The notes under the pieces were generated by a model. That model searched no databases and was not told the DNA's origin. It was given only the letters and a program-made list of their open reading frames with translations. DNA of 64,000 nucleotides from Eledone cirrhosa. Taxonomy: Eukaryota. Of this stretch, positions 27,801 through 42,929 are shown one piece after another. A program made the translations under genes and the position numbers. The DNA lies in contig OZ024741.1 in assembly GCA_964016885.1 (NCBI GenBank), forward strand, positions 308,016,001 through 308,080,000, written 5' to 3'. How positions within the stretch are numbered: position 1 is the first letter of the stretch; every line of letters starts with the position of its first letter.

Positions 27801-30800
27801 GGTATGGTGTGGTGTAGTGTGGTATGGTGTGATGTAGTGTGGTATGGTGTGATGTAGTGTGGTATGATGTGGTGTAGTGCGGTATGGTGTGATGTAGTGT
27901 GGCAGTGGTGTGATGTAGTGTGGTATGGTGCGATGTAGTGTGGGATGGTGTGATGTAGTGTGGTATGGTGTGATGTAGTGTGGTATGGTGTGATATAGTG
28001 TGGTATGGTGTGATGTAGTGTGGTATGGTGTGATGTACTGTGGTATGGTGTGGCGTACTGTGGTATGGTGTGGTGTAGTGTGGTATGGTGTGGTGTAGTG
28101 TGGTATGGTGTGATGTAGTGTGGTATGGTGTGATGTAATGTGGTATGGTGTGATATAGTGTGGTATGATGTGATGTAGTGCGCTATGGTGTGGTGTAGTG
28201 TGGTATGGTGTGGTGTAGTGTGGTATGGTGTGATGTAGTGTGGTATGGTGTGATGTAATGTGGTATGGTGTGATGTAGTGTGGTATGGTGTGATGTAGTG
28301 TGGTATGGTGTGGTGTAGTGTGGTATGGTGTGGTGTAGTGTGGTATGGTGTGGTGTACTGTGGTATGGTGTGGCGTACTGTGGTATGGTGTGGTGTAGTG
28401 TGGTATGGTGTGGTGTAGTGTGGTATGGTGTGATGTAGTGTGGCAGTGGTGTGATGTAGTGTGGTATGGTGTGGTGTAGTGTGGTATGGTGTGATGTAGT
28501 GTGGTATGGTGTGATGTAGTGTGGTATGGTGTGGTGTAGTGTGGTATGGTGTGGTGTAGTGTGGTATGGTGTGATGTAGTGTGGCAGTGGTTAGATGTAG
28601 TGTGGTATGGTGTGGTGTAGTGTGGTATGGTGTGATGTAGTGTGGTATGGTGTGATGTAGTGTGGTATGGTGTGATGTAGTGTGGTATGGTGTGATGTAC
28701 TGTGGTATGGTGTGGCGTACTGTGGTATGGTGTGGTGTAGTGTGGTATGGTGTGGTGTAGTGTGGTATGGTGTGATGTAGTGTGGCAGTGGTGTGATGTA
28801 GTGTGGTATGGTGTGGTGTAGTGTGGTATGGTGTGGTGTAGTGTGGAATGATGTGGTGTAGTGCGGTATGGTGTGATGTAGTGTGGCAGTGGTGTGATGT
28901 AGTGTGGTATGGTGTGGTGTAGTGTGGTATGGTGTGATGTAGTGTGGTATGGTGTGGTGTAGTGTGGTATGGTGTGGTGTAGTGTGGTATGGTGTGATGT
29001 AGTGTGGTATGGTGTGGTGTAGTGTGGTATGGTGTGATATAGTGTGGTATGGTGTGGTGTAGTGTGGTATGGTGTGATGTAGTGTGGCAGTGGTGTGATG
29101 TAGTGTGGCAGTGGTGTGATGTAGTGTGGTATGGTGTGGTGTAGTGTGGTATGGTGTGATGTAGTGTGGTATCGTGTGATGTAGTGTGGTATGGTGTGGT
29201 GTAGTGTGGTATGGTGTGGTGTAGTGTGGTATGGTGTGATGTCGTGTGGTATGGTGTGGTGTAGTGTGGTATGGTGTGATGTAGTGTGGTATGGTGTGGT
29301 GTAGTGTGGTATGGTGTGATGTAGTGTGGTATGGTGTGGTGTAGTGTGGTATGGTGTGACGTAGTGTGGTATGGTGTGGTGTAGTGTGGTATGGTGTGAT
29401 GTAGTGTGGTATGGTGTGGTTTATGTGTGGTATGGTGTGGTGTAGGGTGGTATGGTGTGATGTAGTGTGGTATGGTGTGATGTAGTGTGGTATGGTGTGG
29501 TGTAGTGTAGTATGGTGTGGTGTAGTGTGGTATGGTGTGATGTATTGTGGTATGGTGTGGTGTAGTGTGGTATGGTGTGATGTAGTGTGGTATGGTGTGG
29601 TGTAGTGTGGTATGGTGTGATGTAGTGTGGTATGGTGTGGTGTAGTGTGGTATGGTGTGATGTAGTGTGGTATGGTGTGGTGTAGTGTGGTATGATGTGA
29701 TGTAGTGTGGTATGGTGTGGTGTAGTGTGGTATGGTGTGATGTAGTGTGGTATGGTGTGGTGTAGTGTGGTATGGTGTGGTGTAGGGTGGTATGGTGTGA
29801 TGTATTGTGGTATGGTGTGGTGTAGTGTGGTATGGTGTGATGTAGTGTGGTATGGTGTGGTGTAGTGTGGTATGGTGTGATGTAGTGTGGTATGGTGTGG
29901 TGTAGTGTGGTATGGTGTGGTGTAGTGTGGTATGGTGTGATGTATTGTGGTATGGTGTGGTGTAGTGTGGTATGGTGTGATGTAGTGTGGTATGGTGTGG
30001 TGTAGTGTGGTATGGTGTGATGTAGTGTGGTATGGTGTGGTGTAGTGTGGTATGGTGTGGTGTAGTGTGGTATGGTGTGATGTAGTGTGGTATGGTGTGG
30101 TGTAGTGTGGTATGGTGTGATGTAGTGTGGTATGGTGTGGTGTAGTGTGGTATGGTGTGGTGTAGTGTGGTATGGTGTGATGTATTGTGGTATGGTGTGG
30201 TGTAGTGTGGTATGGTGTGATGTAGTGTGGTATGGTGTGGTGTAGTGTGGTATGGTGTGATGTAGTGTGGTATGGTGTGGTGTAGTGTGGTATGGTGTGA
30301 TGTAGTGTGGTATGGTGTGGTGTAGTGTGGTATGGTGTGATGTAGTGTGGTATGGTGTGGTGTAGTGTGGTATGGTGTGATGTAGTGTGGTATGGTGTGG
30401 TGTAGGGTGGTATGGTGTGATGTAGTGTGGTATGGTGTGATGTAGTGTGGTATGGTGTGGTGTAGTGTGGTATGGTGTGGTGTAGTGTGGTATGGTGTGA
30501 TGTATTGTGGTATGGTGTGGTGTAGTGTGGTATGGTGTGATGTAGTGTGGTATGGTGTGGTGTAGTGTGGTATGGTGTGGTGTAGTGTGGTATGGTGTGA
30601 TGTAGTGTGGTATGGTGTGGTGTAGTGTGGTATGGTGTGATGTAGTGTGGTATGGTGTGGTGTAGTGTGGTATGGTGTGATGTAGTGTGGTAAGGTGTGA
30701 TGTAGTGTGGTATGATGTGGTGTAGTGTGGTATGGTGTGATGTAGTGTGGTATGGTGTGGTGTAGTGTGGTATGGTGTGGTGTAGTGCGGTATGGTGTGA

Positions 30801-31085
30801 TGTAGTGTTGCAGTGGTGTGATGTAGTGTGGTATGGTGTGGTGTAGTGTGGTATGGTGTGGTGTAGTGTGGTATGGTGTGGTGTAGTGTGGTATGGTGTG
30901 GTGTAGTGTGGTATGGTGTGGTGTAGTGTGGTATGGTGTGGTGTAGTTTAGTATGGTGTGATTTTGTGTGGTATGGTGTGGTGTAGTGCGGTATGGTGTG
31001 ATGTAGTGTGGTATGGTGTGGTGTAGTGTGGTATGGTGTGGTGTAGTGTGGTATGGTGTGATGTAGTGTGGTATGGTGTGGTGTA
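18885..31085. repeat. Satellite array, 20-bp unit GTAGT-GTGGT-ATGGT-GTG(A/G)T built from pentamers
   Basis: ~12.2 kb continuous and nearly C-free on the + strand; variant units recur at kb scale. Confidence 0.98.
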
Positions 31086-32025
31086 GTGGGGCAGTGGTGG
31101 CGGTTGTAGCGGTGGCGGTGGTGACCTTCGTGGTGATTGTGGTTGTAGTAGCGGTGGGAGTAAGGGTGAGGATGAGGGGGATTAAGGTGGGGGTAGTTGA
31201 TGTGGTGGTGGTGTTGTTGTTACTGGTGGTGTGGGCAACATTCATAATAATATTCATGATAGTGAATAAGGCGTTCGGGATGGGGGTAATGGTTGTGGTG
31301 TGTTGTGATGGAGGCGATGGTGCAGGTTGTGGTGGTGGTGTGGTTTGTGGTGATGTTGATGGTGATGGATATGACGTTCGTGGTGGTAATGGTGGTGGTT
31401 GTGGTGGTGGTGTGTTGTGATGGTGGTGGTTGCGGTGGTGGTGTGTTGTGATGGTGGTGGTTGCGGTGGTGGTGTGTTGTGATGGTGGTGGTTGCGGTGG
31501 TGGTGTGTTGTGATGGTGGTGTTTGCGGTGGTGGTGTGTTGTGATGGTGGTGGTTGCGGTGGTGGTGTGTTGTGTTGGTGGCAATTGTGGTGGTGGTGGC
31601 AATTGTGGTCATGGAGATGTTGATGGTGATGTATATGACGTTCGTGGTGGTTGTGTTGTGATGGTGGTAATGGTGGTTGCGGTCGTGGTGTGTTGTGATG
31701 GTAATGGTGGTGGTTGTGTTGGTGGTGTCGTTCGTGGTGATGTTGATGATGATGATGATGGATATGACGTTCGTGATGGTAGTGTTGGTGGTGGTGTGTT
31801 GTGATGGTGGTAATGGTGGTGGTTGCGGTGGTGGTGTGTTGTGATGGTAATGGTAGTGGTGGTGGTGTCGTTCGTGGTGATGTTGATGATGATGATGGAT
31901 ATGACGTTCGTGATGGTAGTGTTGGTGGTGGTTAGTTGTGATGGTGGTAATGGTGGTGGTTGCGGTGGTGGTGTGTTGTGATGGTAATGGTGGTGGTTGT
32001 GATGGATATGACGTTCGTGATGGCA
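31086..32025. repeat. GGT-rich complex minisatellite
   Basis: Recurring blocks ggtggtgtgttgtgatggtggtggttgc and gatggatatgacgttcgtg. Confidence 0.85.
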
Positions 32026-33264
32026 ATAGTTATCTTACATCTTGACCTTTGTCTTCAGCTCGTTACTGGCAAACGTTAGTACATTGGTCAAGGGCGGGAG
32101 AAAGTTAATCAAGCACGAAGCTGGAACGACTGAGGAAATCGTCAGTGAAACCAGGAATCTTCGTCATCATCGGCACAACCCGCCATCACCGATATCGTCC
32201 TCACCATCATAGTAGCCACCACCATCATCGTCATCGTTACCAACGCTGCAATCCTTCATCTCTCTCATCGTCATCCTCTCTGTCATTGTCCTTATCGCTT
32301 CAACCATCATCGTCGACAACATTGTTCTTCTTCTTCTTCTTCTTCTTCTTCTTCTTCTTCTTCTTCTTCTTCTTCTTCTTCGTCGTCGTCGTTGTTGTAG
32401 TCGATATTGTTAATATTATTATTTAGCGATATTTGTGGTCAAAGCTAGCGTCAGGTCCAATTAGTCAAATGATTTGCTCGAGGAAATAAACAGAAATCCA
32501 TTGCGTATATACTAAAAAGTATGATTTAACCTTTTCTTTACCATATTTCTAATGAAACATACTACAAGAATTTGGAGGGATTTAGTAATATGATTAATCG
32601 ACTTTCCCCTCTCCCCAAATTGCTGGTCTTGTGCCTATAGTAGAAATCATTATTATGTTGGTGTTTAGACCATAACATAACAAAGTTTTTACATAAAATC
32701 ATAATGGAAGTTTTTATATATATATGGCGGCGAATTAGGAAAGACGTTAGGGTGTCGAATTAAAAATTCCCCGCAGTTGGTTTCAGCTCACTGCACGTTG
32801 AATACAAATCCCACCGGGATCAACTTAGCCGTTCACGCTTCCGAAGTCTATAAATAAAGTAATAGTGTCAATTCTTTTGCTTGCCCCCCCCCCTCTCGTT
32901 TTCTCTAATTCTTTGGAAAAATTCGTCCGGATTATGACCTGGAGAATGATGGGCAGCGACAGGTTTAAAGTACTAAAAATCCAGGGCAGGTTTCAGCCAG
33001 TTTGGAATCTTAGGGTTAAGAATGAAAATAAATATCTTACTGGTTATTAGAACTCGTGCAGTTCTGTTAGAAAATTACATGTCAGCCTTTCCTAATGTAC
33101 AACAGGTACAACTTAATAACTCTCCCTGTCCCCCACATGGTTACAAAGGTTGAGGTATTTTGTTCTGGTACGAAATCATCCGCATTCAATAGATGACAGA
33201 TATCTAAGCATGTTGGTTCTGGATGCCAATATTATAATAAAAAAAAAAAAGCTCCTTAAATATA

Positions 33265-34261
33265 CGAAGTTTGTCCCAAAAGTAAAGGTACTAATTTTCC
33301 TATGGACGTGATGGCAAGGCAGCCTCTCATTGGTGTATATAGGCGTGGTGGATATGACCTTCGCTACATGTACATACTTGTTTTGATATGATCCGTTGAG
33401 TCAGTTGTGAGTTATTGTTGTGTATTTAGACGTGTTTATAACCTCCGTTACGTTTGCGATGCAAGAAAATATTGAAAAACCGTACGCGAAAAAAATTTGT
33501 CTGGAACTAATTAAATCTACCACTAATTCTTTAAAACAAGCTTATGCAGATGCCTCTCTATCAAGAGGTAAGTTTTTTAAGTTGCACAAAACTTTCAAAG
33601 AGGACCGAGAAAATGTTGAAGACGTTCTGTTTGGAAGGCCAATCTCGTCAACAAGTGAACAAAATGTGGAAGTGGTGTGAACGATGATGGCGAAAGATCG
33701 CCGATTAAGTGTTAGGATTGTTGCTAAAGAAACAGGCTTAGATTAAAATGCAGTTCACAGAATTTTAATAGACCATTTTTACACGCGAAAAATGTGTACA
33801 AAACAAGTGCCTGATGAATAAAAAACAAAAAGCGAACCGACTGGAAATTTGTCAGGATTTGCTAGAAAGACTCGAAATTGAACCAAATTTCTGGGATAAA
33901 CTAATTATAGGAGATGAATCATGTTTTTTCAAGTACGATTCAGTGAAAAAACATCAAAGTGAGGAGTGGCACACAAAAAGTTCTCCTCCGAAAAAAGCAC
34001 ACACGTGCAGGTCCTGGGTGAAAAGGATGATTATTATTTTTTTCGACAGCCATGGTATTTGTTCATATAAAATATTTACATCCAAAACTTTGATTTCTAC
34101 CTCTTCCCTAAGTTAAAATGGAAGTTGAAGGATCATCATTTTGGACTGTGGAACACGTACAAATAATTGTAACCGACTCCTACGATCAATGAAAAATAAA
34201 TAAATAAAAACATACACCTTTAAATAAAACATTAGTACCCTTACGTTTGGGACAAACCTCA
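33265..34261 (+). mobile_element. Mariner (DD34D-type) transposon, internally deleted, transposase pseudogene
   Basis: TIRs cgaagtttgtcccaaaagtaaaggtactaat / attagtacccttacgtttgggacaaacctca with TA TSD at 33263 and 34262; HTH region (AY..SLSR..HK.FKE.RE.VED..GRP), IIGDES first D, DFYLFPKLK third D; second-D segment missing; stops present. Confidence 0.93.
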
Positions 34262-35212
34262 TATGCGTCACTTTAGCCACAAATGCATTGATTTTAACGG
34301 TCTGTTACCCACGTCATCAAATAAGTATCATGATTGTTTTCAGCAAATCTTCTCGTCTTCCGTTTCTTCATCGACTGTGTCATTTCTATTGCTATTCTCT
34401 GTGTCGTTGTTATGGTTGATTGTTTTTGTTCCTTTCGTTGATATATCTTGCTGTTGTTACTTTTGTTACTGTTGCTATTGTTGTTGCTGTTATTGCTGTT
34501 GCTGTTGTTATTGGAGCTCTCCTATCTTTTTAGCGGTACCTAGCTCTACCTTATCTAATCTGACAGCCAGAGTTTTTAAAACGGTAGGATGTGATTTGAA
34601 TGAGATTTGGCTGTTATTTGAAGTAATTCGAATCACCCGCATAGAGCCTGCCCCATTGCCTCAATTGTATTGTTTTTGTTATTGTGTTATTTTTATTTTT
34701 TGTGCAGCTGCTGCTGTTGCTCTTGTCTTCGTCGTCGCCATTGTCTTCGTCTACGTCGTCTTCATAGTCACCATCATCCATACCATTCTTCTTAGTCTTC
34801 TATATCCCGCTTCCTTATTTTCCTCCTACAAGGGCCGAAGATAGTGGGAGAAGAACTGGATAAAGTAACAAACAAATATAAACAAACAAAAACAACTAAA
34901 CAACAAACCAATAAACAAACAAGCCATCATTGCATAACACCGATCTCATGAATAATTCATTAGAAATCAATGTATCCATGGTAACTTCACTTTCACTCCC
35001 CCTTTCTAGAATCATTATCTCCCACCCTTCTTCTCTCCTTTTGCCTTTCGCCTTTCTTTTTCATTTCCTTTTCATTCCATTTCTCTCCCCCATTCCTTCT
35101 CTCTTTATCTCTTTATCTCTTAAACTAACTATCCGCAAACATACTCTGTCATCCTCTTTCCGTTTCTCTTCCCTTACTGCCCCCTCTCTCATTCCGTTTC
35201 TCTTCCCTTACT

Positions 35213-35289
<77 letters not shown>

Positions 35290-35367
35290 CCTTCTCTCTC
35301 TCCCCATCTCTCTCTCCTTCTCTCCCTCTCTCTCTCTACCTATCTATCTATCTTCCTCTCTCCACAT

Positions 35368-35439
<72 letters not shown>

Positions 35440-35805
35440 CCCTCGATCTCACACAATGTCACTTCTAGTCCCCAACCTTACCACCTATACTTTCTTTAAC
35501 ACTCTCTTCATTCCCAATGGAGGTGGGTGTTAGTGTAGCAAAGTAAGTGAGTATTGCGTGTGTGTTAGTGTAACAGTTGTTTACGAGATCGGTTGGTCCT
35601 TGCGGAGAGTGAGGTGGTGATACTAAACGAGTAGCTTGCTGGTATAATGTAGATTCACTCAGAGAGATGTATCTGTGGGTAAATCTGTAGTGAACATTGA
35701 ATAAGTAGTTGAAATAATAACTGGACTGGTTATTTAGTGGTTTCATAGAAAATTGGTGAAAAGTGACAGCTTGGGCAAATGGTTGTATATTTTAGATAAA
35801 TATAT

Positions 35806-35989
35806 TTGTTTCTACTTTTGGCACAAGGCCAGCAATTATCACAGTGCATTACTGGTACTATATTTTATCGACCGCGTAAGGATGAAAGGCAAAGTTAACC
35901 TCGGTGGGATTTGAACCCAGATCGTAAAGGGCCGTAACTCTATGCTGCAAAGCATGGCGTCCGACTCTGTACCGATACTGCCAATCCAC
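35806..35989 (-). mobile_element. SINE family A
   Basis: Full family A sequence; imperfect TSD tgtata.tttagata.atata at 35784-35804 and 35990-36010. Confidence 0.9.
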
Positions 35990-36690
35990 TGTATAGTTTA
36001 GATAGATATAATGCCGGCTAATTTATTTAATCTTTCTCGACAGGTAAACTGTCATTAGAGCTGGATGGATGCACTCGATAAACGAGTATTTTAGTTAGAG
36101 GGCTGATGAGGGCATATACGTTATTGGTTCGGTAAATCTGTTATAAATGGTAAAGTTAATAACTTTGTGAGTTAGTAAATTATTTCTCAGAAAATGAGTA
36201 GACGAATAGTTTGATTTTGGTATAGTACTCATGGGTAGGGGTCGAATTGACAGAGTCGTCAACACGTTAGATAGAATGCTTTGCAGTATTTGTTCCAGCT
36301 TTGAGTTCAATTCTCGCCGAGGTCAGCTTTATCTTTCATCCTTTGGAGATCAATAAAAAAAACTATCAGTCCAGTACCTGGGTCTATTCTCCCTCCATAT
36401 CCTTTTAGCGCTTCCTCTCTATCACACTCACCTTCTCTAAAAGAAACCGACTATTTTCAGACATGGAGAGGGATGAGCTCTGCCACATATATAATGCCCA
36501 AGATGTCACTACGGCGACCCTACGACTCCAACAGGGCCTGCGGGCCCAATCGTCTGTTCATCTGTCGATATCTCCATTGATCCTTCCATCTCTTCCCCCA
36601 TCCCTTACCCATCTATCCACCTATCCGTTCTTACGTACTTAAGTACGTACGCACATACATACATACATACATACATACATAGTAGCAGTA

Positions 36691-36870
36691 GTGGTACTCC
36701 GTCGGTTACGACGACGAGTATTCCTGTTGATACGATCAACGGAGCAGCCTGCTCGTGAAATTAACATGCAAGTGGCTGAGCATTCCACAAACACGCATAC
36801 CCTTAACGTAGTTCTCAGAGAGATTCAGCATGACACAGAATGTGACACGGCTGCCCCTTCAAATTGCAGA
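36691..36870. mobile_element. SINE fragment (same family as 8846-9075)
   Basis: Direct similarity to 8846-9075. Confidence 0.7.
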
Positions 36871-36879
36871 TATAACGCA

Positions 36880-37055
36880 GATACTAGGGCACAGGTTGAT
36901 AAGGTTTGTGTTAGAAGGGAACTCCTCGAGGAATGCATGAATCAACATTAAGTCCTGTTCTTTATATTTGTGAATATGTCAACATATTTTGACACCGTAA
37001 ACAGGAAACGTCTGTGGTATATTCCCATAAAGGTTGGTGGACTGAACAAATTCCG
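36880..37055 (+). mobile_element. Decayed RTE RT fragment
   Basis: VDKVCVRRELLEECMNQH*VLFFIFVNMSTYFDTVNRKRLW resembles RT domains 2-3. Confidence 0.6.
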
Positions 37056-37798
37056 GGCTCACTTCCACTTTTTTGATACGGGGGACCAAATGGTTTTCAA
37101 TAACCCGTTTTTTTTTTAGTAATCTTTTATTACATTTCTGCATGTGTCCTTTCATTTTAATTTAGTAAAGTGTGATTTGGGGTAGTCTTGGCTGCTGATT
37201 TTAGTTGGTTCAACCTTCGTTTTGATGTTCCTGCAATATATCTTAAACGGCTAGATAGTTGTTTAGCCCTAATCGAGAAGATGAGCTAGGCTATATAATT
37301 ACATCAAGCGGTCGTATATATAATGGTTCTTGCAAAAGCAGGGTGTATAAAATAAAATATAATAGAAATAAACTACCCCCCCCCCCAAAAAAAAAGCTGA
37401 TGTTATTGCCATTTACTCCCAAATTGCTTCAGTCTTCATAGAACAGACGTATGGTCAAAGGCGTTCCAGCCATGACCATCCCACCATTGTCATAGATCAG
37501 TGAATATTTTATTACACTGTCTATTGTATCTCAATATATTTCAGACGGTAAGGTATGCTATGAGGTAAATTTTACAGCGCTTTCGAGCAGATCGAGAGAC
37601 CGCCTTGGGGACATCTTCGGAATAGAAGCGGATACACCAGGTTGTCCAGAGTGTTTGGATAATATAAGGTTCTAAAACGATTAGCATGGATATGTGTTGA
37701 CAAAGATATGGGCATATAATTATAATGATAGTCATAACTTTTAAATGAGTACTAGACAAGAAAAAGAAAACATGAATGTATATAAAATTACATGGAAG

Positions 37799-38660
<862 letters not shown>

Positions 38661-38902
38661 AATGTGTGTGTAAGAGAAGGAGAATGGGGATTGTATCTAA
38701 TCGTGTATATATGGGTGTAGATGTCTGTATATATAAACAAATAATATAGTAATAAAAGAAAAGATGTTAAAATATGATAGAAATGGAATGAAACATGTTG
38801 AAATATGTGTGGAAATTAATAAATAAGTCATTGTAATCTCCGAGTGTCAGTATATTTGTTTGCTTGTATAGCGTATGTGTGACTATGTGTGTGGTTTCAG
38901 AG

Positions 38903-39078
38903 AGTATGGGTGGCTGTGTGTGTGTCTTTATAGTGTATGGGTGGCTGTGTGTGTGTCTTTATAGTGTATGGATGGCTGTGTGTGTGTCTTTATAGTGTAT
39001 GGATGGCTGTGTGTGTGTCTTTATAGTGTATGGATGGCTGTGTGTGTGTCTTTATAGTGTATGGATGGCTGTGTGTGT
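38903..39078. repeat. 31-bp minisatellite, ~5.5 copies
   Basis: Unit atagtgtatggatggctgtgtgtgtgtcttt. Confidence 0.92.
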
Positions 39079-39215
39079 ATTAATATGTGTGCCTATGAAT
39101 GTTGATATATTTATGCATACATACATATATACACGTGAGAATATATATATATATAGTCCGTCAAATATATATATATATATATATATATTTGTGTGTGTGT
39201 GTGTGTGTATCTATC

Positions 39216-39249
<34 letters not shown>

Positions 39250-39317
39250 AATATATATAAATAGTCCATTATATATATATATATATGTATTCATATATCA
39301 TATATATATATATATAT

Positions 39318-39367
<50 letters not shown>

Positions 39368-40135
39368 CGCACACGAACAAACATGTTGGATATCTAACAT
39401 TCAATTATCTCTGGAATATGTATTCATTGGAGCGATGATTAGTTGCAGACAGATGTGATATGTAGTAATAGATTCGTAACGGCCAAACCAACACCTTCAG
39501 CACAACCATCATCATAACTATCTCATTAATACAACGATCACCACCTCCACTACCACCACCATCATCACTACCACCACCACCACCACCACCATCACCACCA
39601 CCATCATCATCATCATCACCACCTTCACCATCCACCACCGCCATCATCACTACCACCGCCTTCATCATTCCCAACGACGTCGCCAACCTTGTTACATAAC
39701 TATATTTTATCCACACGTAAAAATTCACCACTGCCACCCCGCTCTCCGTTTCTAACTCCACCGAAACTACCGCCACCACCTCCACCATCACCAAGACCAC
39801 CACAACTACCACCACCACCACCACCACCACACCACCATCACTACAACAACCATTATCAACACCAACGACAACACCAGCACTAGTACCAATCAGCACAGCT
39901 TAACTCCTCCATCGCAATTATCGCTGCAGTCACACGCTAACTATTAAAATCATTATGCCATCATTAATGAAATGAATTCCACAACAAACTAAATCCAGCC
40001 GTAAATAAATAAAGAATGGAAGTAAATCCACCCAAGTAAGAACGCTTAATTGAAAAAAATAAAAAATAAAAGATGCGTTAGAGATTGCTAAGCCTGACCC
40101 TCCCTCCCCCTCTCTCCCCCCCTCTCTCTCTCTCA

Positions 40136-40167
<32 letters not shown>

Positions 40168-40204
40168 GTACATATCCTCACATATATATATATGCACACA
40201 CATG

Positions 40205-40249
<45 letters not shown>

Positions 40250-40462
40250 ATGTGTGTAGGGGGGGGGGGGGCGAATATATTATGTAAAAGAGAATGAAGT
40301 TTCAATTTAGAATATTTTTTTTATTCACCATGAAACGTGACACGTATTTCGTAGATGATCAGCTTGAGGTCGTAATCGATCAGGTTTTGGTATTATCTGC
40401 TCACCAGACACGTAGATTACAATCAAAACATTTTCCTATTCTCTCTCTATCTTTCTTTTCCT

Positions 40463-40816
<354 letters not shown>

Positions 40817-40839
40817 CGACACAGCATACTGAATATGTG

Positions 40840-41400
40840 AACCCTGCTACATTCCTATAGAGGAGGTTCCTTACTCCATTCATCCTTAATAGCCTCCATT
40901 AAAACTGTTACGCCCGCTGGTTGTTTGTCTGCGACAGTTTTTAGTGTGATTTAGGTCATGGATATTTCTAGGTCACACTAGTGTCGGAAACATAACCGTT
41001 TGAAGGTATTCTCACACAATCTTTGCTCTGCAGGATGCAACACCATCATACATGAATATGATGCATCAATGTTTGTGCATTTGTATCACCAATTTGTCCT
41101 TCAACAATTCCAAGTACACTTGGCCATTCATAGTTATTAAAAAAAGAGAACGTGAGGCGATGTTTTTGAGGATACATTTATCTCTTGAGGTGCGACCACT
41201 TCTCTTCTTGTCAAAATATGAGCTACAAATTTGGTATTTGTTAATATCATTATGATGAGAGAAACTTCACGCTCTGATTAATTTGTATAGAGCTACTATT
41301 TGGTATCCTTGAACGGTAAAACGTGAGGAGTTATTTGGTTTATCCATTTTGTTTCGTTTTTCACAAAATACTTGTTTCAATCTATTGCATCATCATCATC
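40840..41400 (-). pseudogene. Tc1-type transposase remnant
   Basis: Minus strand TMNGQVYLELLKDKLVIQMHKH*CIIFMYDGVASCRAKIV..*PRNIHDLNHTKN is a degenerate FMQDGAPCH / WPGNSPDLNPIEN; boundaries approximate. Confidence 0.75.
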
Positions 41401-42929
41401 ATTTAAATATTTGTAGCACAGTTATTTGCTAGTTTAAATGTTGTGCGTCTGATTTAAACCCTTGTTCTTGTCAAGTGTATATATTTCAAAAATGGGCAAA
41501 AACTCCTCATATTCTGACGTCCAAAGACGCTAAATAGCATCTTTGTAAGACACAAGTTACTCAGAGCGTAAGATATCTATCAAAATGGAGTGTAGCATGT
41601 ATGTATACAGTCTAGTAACGTTCTGCTTTTAAATCCTGCCGAGGTCATCTTGGCTTTTCCTCCTTCGGAAAGCAATAAAATAAAGCACTGGTCAAGTACT
41701 GGAGTCGATATCAACACCCCCACTCACCGTGAAAAGCATTGATGGCTTTGTGCCTAAATTAGAAATAATTATTAGTCCAGTGAATTCATATATTTAGATT
41801 GACTACGGTCAATTATTTCCAATCCTCATTTGCTAAAAACCAAAATACCAATAAATAAATAAGTGTATGTATCATTTTCTTATGTATAAATAAATAAATA
41901 AATAAATAATTTAATATGGTTGTCTACTGTTACTGCCTCTCATCTATCTGTTTAAGTATGATGATATTCCCTCCTCCACAAGAAGCTGCCTAGATTGGTA
42001 AAAGCGTAGTCCCTTAACTCCGCGTCTTAGAAATGTATCTATAGTTAATGTTTCCAGATACTGCAATCAACGTAATATTATACGTCATGTTTCTCCACGA
42101 GGACAAATTAGCTGGACAGAAACAAGAGAGAAAGTATAATATGAATAAATAGATATCGTCGTTGTATGGATTTCATTCTGCCCGCCATATTAAAAAATCA
42201 TTGAATGCAGACGACAGCTTCGTTGAAAATAAGATGTATTATAGATTAACATATATATAGAAAATTTTTCGTTTCGTTTTCTGCAAGAGATTAACGTTCC
42301 TAATAGAATTTTGTTATTTGTTACAAGAACCGATATCTGATCATCTGCTATCCTTTACTTGACCGCAGCGGTCAATAGCAATGCCGAACCTGAAACTCAG
42401 CCAATTGCTTGCCGGCTTTAATCTTTCTAAATGGTTGTGTGTGTGTGTGTCTGTGTATATGCGTGTGCGATGTGTAATATATGTGTGCGGTGTATATGTG
42501 TGTGCGGTGTGTAATATATATATATGTGGTAGTGTGTTTATGTGCATGATATTACACATGCGAATGTATGTGAGTGTGTTGCAGGGTTTCAAGTGATTCT
42601 GTATCTCATTGTGTACCCGTGCGTACTATCATATGCAACTGTTTGTAAGGGTGTAATATAAACACATGATCGCAAGTAGGCACGCACTCACACATATATG
42701 TATGTTCGTCTAGCTTTATAATTTCACAAAGTTTTACCAATAGAGAGAGAGAGACGGTTTCTAACATAGTTACAAGACTCTCTCATTGGAATTTACACAA
42801 CATCAACTAGGTAGATATGTATGTATGCATGCATGTGTAAATATGGATGTTATTGTATGTGTGGATGTGGATGTTTTGAGTTGTATGTGTGCATGTGTAT
42901 ATGTTTTGTATCTGTACATGTGTATATGC

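Noticed and set aside
18885-31085. CRISPR array or true telomere
   Set aside because: No unique spacers, eukaryotic context, not TTAGGG, and internal with non-satellite flanks
18818-31602. Very long His/Thr/Pro/Tyr ORFs (up to 1486 aa) on the minus strand
   Set aside because: The satellite's minus strand almost lacks G and TAA, so stops cannot form; ORFs are open in multiple frames and are artefacts
32125-32165. CTGAGGA...GAAAC hammerhead-like core
   Set aside because: No stem II or stem I complementarity
34263-35499. Hydrophobic 193-aa and 189-aa ORFs as membrane proteins
   Set aside because: Derived from T/C-rich low-complexity and microsatellite sequence
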